Source: a plasmid
Sequence record: AP029161.1
Strand: one strand, 5' to 3'
Length of the DNA: 64,000 nt
Shown here: positions 57,531-64,000 of the stretch, in pieces
Layout of the letters: each line of letters starts with the position of its first letter
Position numbering within the stretch: the stretch's first letter is position 1
Made by a program: the position numbers and the translations under genes
Notes under the pieces: model-generated
The model's input: only the letters and a program-made list of their open reading frames with translations
The model's database searches: none
What the model was told of the DNA's origin: nothing

Positions 57531-57794
57531 ATGATTTTTATTGATGGAACATTTAAAGATACAATTCTTAAAAAGTATAAAAGTTTATCTTGTACTCCTA
57601 AAAAATGTTCAGCGTGTAAAAAAGAACCATGGGAAAATGGAAAGTTTGAATTTTGGATTTCAAAAGACAATGTTGGGTACCTTCGAACATGTTTAAAATG
57701 TGGAGAAAGTCAGACTTTAGCAACTCCCAAAAAAATAAAAGACCAAATTCAACTTAATAAGGTAATTTTTAATCTTACTTCTAAACTTAAATAA
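57531..57794 (+). CDS. zinc-ribbon protein (CSACK..CLKCGES)
   Basis: Two CxxC pairs. Confidence 0.4.
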   Translation: MIFIDGTFKDTILKKYKSLSCTPKKCSACKKEPWENGKFEFWISKDNVGYLRTCLKCGESQTLATPKKIKDQIQLNKVIFNLTSKLK

Positions 57795-57807
57795 AATTGG
57801 AACAATT

Positions 57808-58014
57808 ATGAGCGGACTAGGAAAACAATACATTGCAAATATTTTAAATAATGGTAGTAAAATTGGCACCACAAGATCGCCTAATCCAAATTATAATTTG
57901 ACCATTTTATGTAAAGAAAAAGCTTTAAAAAAAATTAATGAACTTTCTGAAGCAATTGTAGAGTTAGAAAAATTTGTCATTAAATGCGATGAAATAATTA
58001 AGGAAATTAAATGA
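57808..58014 (+). CDS. small protein, paralog of the 57301 gene
   Basis: See paralog. Confidence 0.4.
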   Translation: MSGLGKQYIANILNNGSKIGTTRSPNPNYNLTILCKEKALKKINELSEAIVELEKFVIKCDEIIKEIK

Positions 58015-58397
58015 AAAGTTATAAAACAAAAATTAACAAAGAAATTTTAGAGCTAGCAAAATCTATAGGCACTGAAATAAGAGTTGCACCTACTTTAAAA
58101 GACGCAAATATCGATTGGCTTTCTGAAAAAGATAATGAACTTTTATCTTTATATACTAACGGAATTATTTTTGTAAAATCCGAATCAAACTACAAGCCAA
58201 GAGATTTAAATTTAGTCGTATTGCATGAAATTGGTCATGTTTTTATTCAACATCATCAAATGAGAGGTTTTAAAATTGAAGATAAGACGGAAGAAATTGC
58301 AGCTAATTGTATTTCTTTTTCTTTAGCATATTTGATGGGTTTAAAAGTTTCAGATCATATGATTGAGCAATTTAATAAATTTAATGAATTAACTTAA
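58011..58397 (+). CDS. ImmA/IrrE-family zinc metallopeptidase
   Basis: HEIGH motif in VVLHEIGHVF. Confidence 0.65.
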   Translation: MKSYKTKINKEILELAKSIGTEIRVAPTLKDANIDWLSEKDNELLSLYTNGIIFVKSESNYKPRDLNLVVLHEIGHVFIQHHQMRGFKIEDKTEEIAANCISFSLAYLMGLKVSDHMIEQFNKFNELT

Positions 58398-58410
58398 GGG
58401 GGTAATTAAA

Positions 58411-59079
58411 ATGACTATTACAGCATTCATTGGTCAAGAAACTTCGAATTTGTTCTCAAGATTAAGTGTTGATAAAAGGTTTAAATTAAGAGAATCATCT
58501 CATGTAATTTCATTTGATATGGTTGTTAGAGCGTATATTGAAGAATTTTTTTTAAAATTTAAAACTACCAATAAAGAAGAAGAATTGATAATTAATAAAT
58601 GCAAAGAATTAGCATCGATTTTAGTTGATACAATCAAAGAAGAAAAAAAAATTTTACAAGGAATAATGGATATAAAAGCAATAATAGAATTAAGTCAAGA
58701 TTTTGATTTTTTTAATACTAACGAAAATAAATTAATGAAAAAGGATAAAGTTTTGCAACTATCAGAAGAAAAATGCTCTGAAGTTATTAATGGAATTAGT
58801 AGCGGACTGTTTTTTGAATGGCTTGAAGTTGAAATTTTAAAATGCGCTAATAACGGTTCAAGTTTATTATCATATAAAATCTTATTCGAAGAAAGATATA
58901 AATACTCAGGGATAAAATTAAAACTATTTCATTTTGATAGAGAAAATAAAATAAACTTTATAATAAAGCATCTAAAAAAACTTAACTATTCAGTTAAAAA
59001 AAGAGATATTATAAAAAGAAATATATTTTTTAAAAAGAAAATTGTTGGATTTAAATTTGAAATATCATGGGATGAATAG
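58411..59079 (+). CDS. hypothetical protein
   Basis: ORF track; SD gggggt. Confidence 0.4.
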   Translation: MTITAFIGQETSNLFSRLSVDKRFKLRESSHVISFDMVVRAYIEEFFLKFKTTNKEEELIINKCKELASILVDTIKEEKKILQGIMDIKAIIELSQDFDFFNTNENKLMKKDKVLQLSEEKCSEVINGISSGLFFEWLEVEILKCANNGSSLLSYKILFEERYKYSGIKLKLFHFDRENKINFIIKHLKKLNYSVKKRDIIKRNIFFKKKIVGFKFEISWDE

Positions 59080-59090
59080 GAGATTTTAAA

Positions 59091-59414
59091 ATGACATCTA
59101 TAGATAATTTTAATGCAGATTATGTAAAAAAACTCGCTTCATTAGAAGCGCAAAAGGATAATGAAATATTTACAAATGATACTGATAAATTAATAAATAT
59201 TTTAAAAGATTTAATTTTAAAAGACAAACAGAAAAAATTTGTTCTTGTTACAAATAATAATTGTCCAGAATTTAGTAGTTATATTAAAAAGCATAACAAA
59301 AATAAAAATCTAATAAACTATTTTGAAACTTTAGGCTTCAAAGTGGAATTTAATCACACAAATGTAAGATCTTTTAAGGGTGGTGAGTTTTTTTCGCTTA
59401 AAATCGAATGGTAA
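59091..59414 (+). CDS. hypothetical protein
   Basis: ORF track. Confidence 0.4.
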   Translation: MTSIDNFNADYVKKLASLEAQKDNEIFTNDTDKLINILKDLILKDKQKKFVLVTNNNCPEFSSYIKKHNKNKNLINYFETLGFKVEFNHTNVRSFKGGEFFSLKIEW

Positions 59415-59441
59415 AATTTATTTAAACTAAGAGGATATTTT

Positions 59442-59906
59442 ATGGATAATTTTGAAGAAAGATGTGTCGCTATTATTCGTGAAATTTGTCAGCGTTGTGA
59501 AAAAACATTATCCGAAAAGTATATAATTTCATGGCTAAAAAGCTGTAATAAACTAGGAGAGAAGAAGGCTTATCTTGCTTTGTCTGAGATTTATAAAAAA
59601 GCAAAGCAAGGCTATCAAATTCCCTCTATTTATGAGTTTGAACAGCTTGCTAATGAAGAAACAGAATCTAATTTATTGATAGCAGATAAAATTGTGCAAG
59701 CTATGAGCTTGTTTGGTGGTTATAGAAATGATGAAGCAAAAAAATTTATAGGTGAATTGGGTTGGAAAGTTGTACAAAATAATGGAGGCTGGCAAGAAAT
59801 GTGTTGGTCTGCTAATGTTAAATATATTGATGTACTGAAAAAGAGGCTTAAACAACAAATTAAAGATGTTAAAAATCAAGATAATAATGTGTTGATGATT
59901 TCTTAA
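59442..59906 (+). CDS. hypothetical protein
   Basis: ORF track. Confidence 0.4.
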   Translation: MDNFEERCVAIIREICQRCEKTLSEKYIISWLKSCNKLGEKKAYLALSEIYKKAKQGYQIPSIYEFEQLANEETESNLLIADKIVQAMSLFGGYRNDEAKKFIGELGWKVVQNNGGWQEMCWSANVKYIDVLKKRLKQQIKDVKNQDNNVLMIS

Positions 59907-59966
59907 GTATTTGCTACTCCTATCTATCTGCTTTAGAGAGCAAAGTTAAGAGATAGGAAAAATAAA

Positions 59967-60713
59967 ATGATTTCAGAAAGCAAGCCTAAATATTCAAAAA
60001 ACATGCTACCAAATATTGACTATGAAGAGCTAGAAAATCCTACACTTTTTTCTAGTAGTATTGTTGATTTAGAACATGGAATTATGAGACATTTGAGTCA
60101 TTTTGTTGAAGACCTAACCGAAATTTTAAAGCAAGAAAAAATGGCTCAAACGCCAGAAACAATGATTGCTCATCTATGCGCTTATCTTGGATTTTTAACT
60201 GCTAAAAATCTTAACGCTAAAAAATATTTAGATATAATTCCTCAGATTCAAAAACTGATTGAATCGGAATCTAAAAAATCCTATGAAATTTTTTCAAAGT
60301 TTTTACATGATTATAAGAACAAAACTAAAGAAGAAAAAGAGAAACAATTCTCAGAATTACGGAATAACACTCCAAGTAGTATTGTTGCGCAAACACTGCG
60401 TTTAGGTAGAGATATTTTCGATTCACTAGATTCTCTTCGTTATAATTCTTCTTTTTATAATAAAGATAAGTTTTTTTGTCCTCAAAATCTGTTCTTTGAA
60501 TTGCTAAATAAACATCAAAAAGTATTAAAAAAAGAATGGAGAGACCATCTATCAATGATGTTTATTATCAATCAAGCATCTATTCAAATCGGGTGGATTA
60601 TAGGTTATTACGGATATTATGATAAAAATTATCCGAATAATTATTTAGAATTTGGGTTGCCGTGTATAGAACTTTATTGTCAATTTGAACTAAAAAAATC
60701 TACTTTAAAATAA
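59967..60713 (+). CDS. hypothetical protein
   Basis: ORF track. Confidence 0.4.
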   Translation: MISESKPKYSKNMLPNIDYEELENPTLFSSSIVDLEHGIMRHLSHFVEDLTEILKQEKMAQTPETMIAHLCAYLGFLTAKNLNAKKYLDIIPQIQKLIESESKKSYEIFSKFLHDYKNKTKEEKEKQFSELRNNTPSSIVAQTLRLGRDIFDSLDSLRYNSSFYNKDKFFCPQNLFFELLNKHQKVLKKEWRDHLSMMFIINQASIQIGWIIGYYGYYDKNYPNNYLEFGLPCIELYCQFELKKSTLK

Positions 60714-60714
60714 C

Positions 60715-60948
60715 TTAATTATTTAAAAAATCTTTAAAATCTGGATTATTTTTTTCTTCATCTTTAATTACATTATTTAAATTTTGATTTGTTTTTAGAG
60801 CAAATAACTCAACGTTTCTCATATTTATATTTGCAGATCCAGCTTCGTACCGCTCCCAAGATCTTTTGGTAATCCCAATTAATTCTGCCGCTTCTTTTTG
60901 AGTAAGTTTTGCATTATTTCTTAGTCTTTTTAAAATTATTTTAAGCAT
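60715..60948 (-). CDS. XRE/Cro-like HTH regulator
   Basis: LTQKEAAELIGITKRSWERYEAG. Confidence 0.6.
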   Translation of the reverse strand: MLKIILKRLRNNAKLTQKEAAELIGITKRSWERYEAGSANINMRNVELFALKTNQNLNNVIKDEEKNNPDFKDFLNN

Positions 60949-61049
60949 ATAGTACCCCTTAAATTAGCACGGTTACCCGCAAGACTTGTACGGTAAACGA
61001 CAAAATGACGGTAGTCAATTAAAACTACCGCTTCTTCCAAAATAAGTTG

Positions 61050-61388
61050 TTAGAATGTGAGGTATTTTTTAAACCAATCTAAATAAAGAAATATCGAGTT
61101 ATCTTTATTTTCAAATTTTGAGGAAAGATAGTCTAAAAACAATTTAAATTCTTTTATATTATTTGGTTTTAAATAATATAATAAGTAGTCTGTACTTTCA
61201 TTCATATCACGCACAAATTCTTTTAATATAGTTTTGAATTCTTTATGTGTTTTATTATTATCATCAAATATATAATCGATGAATAAATCTACATTTTTAA
61301 AAGCTAATTCATTATTGTTTTGATATCCTTTTATTAAGATTGCTGCTGCTATGCAATAATAATTCTCATTAAATATTGAAGTACTCAT
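61050..61388 (-). CDS. hypothetical protein
   Basis: ORF track. Confidence 0.4.
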   Translation of the reverse strand: MSTSIFNENYYCIAAAILIKGYQNNNELAFKNVDLFIDYIFDDNNKTHKEFKTILKEFVRDMNESTDYLLYYLKPNNIKEFKLFLDYLSSKFENKDNSIFLYLDWFKKYLTF

Positions 61389-61451
61389 TTTAAAATCTCC
61401 TATTGAATTAAATTTTTACTTTAAAATTATAAGGCAGGTTACCCTGCCCTT

Positions 61452-61910
61452 TTAAATTTCTGATTGAGATACTCGATTATAAAAATTATCTATTAATCTG
61501 TCTTCGATATTAAATTTATTCATAAAAGATACGAATTTATAATAATTTTCAGACTGACAAATTTCAATTGCTTTTATTAAAGTTCTGTTAGTTTTAAATT
61601 TGTAGCTAAATTCTTTAAAAACATCTCTAATAAATTTCAATTTAATTTTGTGCAATTTTTTAATAGATTTTTTGAGTTTCTCAAGATCTTCTGAGTTATT
61701 TAGATTTAATTGAATTTTATAGCTATTATCGAAAGAGCCTAATTCTAAACTCTCTTTTTTGTAATTTGTTTTTAAATATTCAATGCGAGAAAAAATATTA
61801 TTTTGCATATCTGCTAATGAATATGAATTCATGTCGTCAATTTCAGAATTAATAAGGCTTAAAGCGATTTTTTCATGAGAAGCTTTTTTTGCAGATAATA
61901 ATTTAGTCAT
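61452..61910 (-). CDS. hypothetical protein
   Basis: ORF track. Confidence 0.4.
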   Translation of the reverse strand: MTKLLSAKKASHEKIALSLINSEIDDMNSYSLADMQNNIFSRIEYLKTNYKKESLELGSFDNSYKIQLNLNNSEDLEKLKKSIKKLHKIKLKFIRDVFKEFSYKFKTNRTLIKAIEICQSENYYKFVSFMNKFNIEDRLIDNFYNRVSQSEI

Positions 61911-61954
61911 TTTGAAATCTCCTATTGTTTTAAAATAAAATTCGTTTAAAATAG

Positions 61955-62019
61955 GAGACGGGATTTACCAGATCCCGTCTCGTGCGTAGAGACAGCCCGC
62001 TTTTTAAGCGGGTTTTTTT
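61955..62019. terminator. tandem hairpins GAGACGGGA..TCCCGTCTC and CCCGCTT-TTT-AAGCGGG followed by T7 (intrinsic terminator, probably bidirectional)
   Basis: Read directly; GC stems in an AT-rich context. Confidence 0.6.
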
Positions 62020-62284
62020 ATTTTTTTATGCTGTGATTCTTATAAAGATAATCTTCTAATTCCTCCATTTTATTTTCAAATTCTTGATAGATTTCTGAAA
62101 AATTACATGGCTTTTGGATATATTTTTCCCATCCAATTTTTTTAATGCAATCTCTATAGTCAATGTGTTCAATTGCTTCTATAAGTGGAACAATATCATT
62201 TGATGAAACAGAAAATGAAAAATAACTAGTCTTATATTTTTCAATATATACAGAATTGCCTTGAATAATAAAAAAGTCGCACAT
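62018..62284 (-). CDS. hypothetical protein (88 aa)
   Basis: SD AGGAGG 7 nt upstream on the minus strand. GC-rich structured leader upstream. Confidence 0.45.
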   Translation of the reverse strand: MCDFFIIQGNSVYIEKYKTSYFSFSVSSNDIVPLIEAIEHIDYRDCIKKIGWEKYIQKPCNFSEIYQEFENKMEELEDYLYKNHSIKK

Positions 62285-62400
62285 AAATTCCTCCTAGGCT
62301 CGCAAGCCATTGTGTTTGCGTATCAGAGGGTTCGCATTGCTCGTCTCACCCACGAGTGCGGTCGCTTCCCTCTTTAATATTTATAACCGACATTTTGTCG
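62285..62400 (-). other. GC-rich structured element in the 5' leader of the 62018..62284 gene (unclassified cis-regulatory RNA or att remnant)
   Basis: Nested stems GAGGG..CCCTC, CTCGT-CTCACCC-ACGAG, GGCTCGCAAGCC. Locally high GC. Confidence 0.3.
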
Positions 62401-62644
62401 GTTGTCAAACTTTCAACATCTTTTTTTTATTAGTTTTTTTGTTATCAAGATTTGTTTAATTAATTGGCAATTTGTTTTATCAAGTTTTGACTTATCTATA
62501 TTTTATAAGTGTTTTTTAGTTTTTTGAAATTTTACTTAGTTTGGATAGTGTTTTTATACTTTAAAATAAAAGATAAGTTTAAATTTGATGATTTTTTAGG
62601 CGATTCTTTGGATTTGGTAAAATTGATTTAAATTATTGATATTA

Positions 62645-63319
62645 TTAAGTTAAGTTGGGTTTAATTTTTTGACTGTGGTGACGAGATATTATTTTTAAGT
62701 TATCTACAAAAAAATAAATTTCAAGAATTATAATTAATATTAAAATATAATAAAGTATATTTATGCAGAAATAGTAATTTTCATAGATCATCTTACTCAA
62801 CTCAATATTTTTGAGCTGAGTAAGTTCTGATATTCTATTGCTATTATCTTTGCTTTCAACAACATCTTTCCATATTTTAAGGAAAATAAAAGATAAAATT
62901 ATTAATATAAGAGATGAAATATTATAGAATAGAGATGTTACTTTTTCAGAAGTTTGTTGTGAAATATTTCTAGTTAGATTTATTTTTAATTCTTCATTAT
63001 TTTTCTCTTCGTTTTCTGATATTGTCTTAATAGTACCAAGCAATAGATTCTGATAGTAATATATATCTATTACGTGTATACATTTCCAAAATAAATATAT
63101 GACTAAAATAGAGCAAGATATTACAAAATTGCTTATGAATTGTATAATCATTTTCTGAGAAATAATTATAGAAGCTGCACTTAAACTAACTACGACTGTT
63201 AAGCTTTTAGTTCTTAAATCTATAATTAATTCATTAAAATGTCTTGCAGTTTCTTGATAGAAAACCCATTTTTTATATTCAATATTTTTTTCATCATCTT
63301 CTTTTTCTGAGTCGGGCAT
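62645..63319 (-). CDS. polytopic membrane protein
   Basis: Several hydrophobic helices. Confidence 0.45.
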   Translation of the reverse strand: MPDSEKEDDEKNIEYKKWVFYQETARHFNELIIDLRTKSLTVVVSLSAASIIISQKMIIQFISNFVISCSILVIYLFWKCIHVIDIYYYQNLLLGTIKTISENEEKNNEELKINLTRNISQQTSEKVTSLFYNISSLILIILSFIFLKIWKDVVESKDNSNRISELTQLKNIELSKMIYENYYFCINILYYILILIIILEIYFFVDNLKIISRHHSQKIKPNLT

Positions 63320-63823
63320 AAATATTCCAAATAAAAATTAATCAATGATTTTATCGTAATATGATAAAATTTATTTAGAATTTATTTGAAATGAGAATGA
63401 ATTCATGTGACTTTAAAGCTAGTCAATTATTTTGAATTTATGAAATATTTTAAGAACTTACAGAGCTTGGCAGGAAACTTAAATTTTAAGTTGAGGAAGG
63501 CTATAGGCTTATGAAAAGCTCGCCTTTGGCTTCAAAGGTAATCTGCAAGTTGGATACTTCTATGTGAGTATTTTTTTGATAGCTCATCTGCCAAGTGCGG
63601 GGGTTCCTGAATATTCAGGCCAAAAGTCTAACAAAGAAAAAGTTATCATTGCATTTCAATGGTAACTCTTAAAAACCGAAAAAACATTATCCTACTTTTT
63701 CCCTTTTTCGTTCCAACCACTTTTTAGCCCTCCTTGTGCAAAAAATTTTTCTAACATAGAATGCATACCATTGTAATTGTTACAAAATAGAAAATTTTTT
63801 TTGCACACAAAAGGAGGAATTTT

Positions 63824-64000
63824 GTGAGATCAATTGTGAAGTTAATCGCAGTTTGCTCAACATTAGCTTTGAGTCATCCAATATTTGCAAATACCAATAT
63901 TGGTATTAATGTTGGTAATCATTACTTTGGTATAAGTCATTATCATAGTAATGGTGATCATTATTATGGTGGTGGTGTCTACTTTGGAGGAAAATACTAT
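63824..64000 (+). CDS. partial secreted Gly/Tyr/His-rich protein (GTG start, runs off the window end)
   Basis: SD AAGGAGG 7 nt upstream. Signal peptide IVKLIAVCSTLALSHPIFA. Confidence 0.4.
   Translation, partial: MRSIVKLIAVCSTLALSHPIFANTNIGINVGNHYFGISHYHSNGDHYYGGGVYFGGKYY

Larger units (their letters stand above)
1..62284. mobile_element. Temperate myovirus-like phage genome with plasmid-type Rep/ParAB maintenance module (phage-plasmid candidate). Boundaries not determined within window.
   Basis: Contiguous packaging, head, tail, lysis, recombination and immunity modules plus parAB, parS palindromes and iterons. No integrase found. Confidence 0.6.

Noticed and set aside
62285-62400. Possible tRNA or tmRNA fragment (GC-rich, GGTTCGCA T-loop-like string)
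   Set aside because: Could not build a T-arm, an acceptor stem or a cloverleaf on either strand. Kept only as an unclassified structured element.
1-64000. Integrase, transposase or excisionase marking an integrated prophage
   Set aside because: No tyrosine or serine recombinase, or Mu-type transposase, signature seen in any ORF translation. The element instead has Rep/ParAB. Absence in the window does not exclude one outside it.

Overview
This AT-rich window is occupied almost end to end by the genome of a temperate, contractile-tailed phage that also carries a plasmid-type maintenance cassette, so it looks like a phage-plasmid. Identifiable modules follow.

- Early region (0.1-8.3 kb): small hypothetical genes, including a DEDDh exonuclease and a histone H1-like AT-hook protein.
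- Packaging (10.1-12.0 kb): terS and terL.
- Plasmid-like maintenance (12.0-14.9 kb), all on the minus strand: ParB, ParA, two copies of a 16-bp GC palindrome that are candidate parS sites, a putative Rep gene and an upstream iteron array.
- Immunity (15.2-15.7 kb): an XRE repressor with a perfect 16-bp palindromic operator.
- Head and tail: portal, Mu-F head morphogenesis protein, protease/scaffold, capsid, sheath, tube, a chaperone with a canonical TTTTTTC -1 frameshift, a 1170-aa tape measure, and an XkdS/T/U-like baseplate.
- Lysis (40.9-42.2 kb): holin-like protein, M15 endolysin and an OM/spanin-like protein.
- Cargo and defence candidates: KAP P-loop NTPase, AlbA_2/Schlafen-like protein, GNATs, a lipoprotein moron and a Vut_1-GNAT fusion.
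- Recombination/replication and late-early region (46-61 kb): a terminase-ATPase-only paralog, HAD phosphatase, SSB, Gp157-like protein, RecT, a dUTPase with an inserted HTH, a replisome-organizer gene carrying an internal 31-bp GATC-rich perfect palindrome, and an ImmA/IrrE protease.

Three sequence-level regulatory signals stand out.

- A 13-14-bp motif TTAGACAGTCCGT(T) occurs seven times, exactly at the heads of the late (structural, dam, lysis) operons.
- A 21-23-nt translation-initiation cassette (CCCWWWGGGAGAACTGAAATG) is conserved at six early gene starts.
- Divergent early promoter regions are built from back-to-back TTGACA inverted repeats.

No integrase or transposase was seen. No rRNA, tRNA or CRISPR was found.

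A GC-rich structured element at 62.3 kb and an anti-SD inverted repeat at 63.7 kb lie at or beyond the probable right edge of the element.
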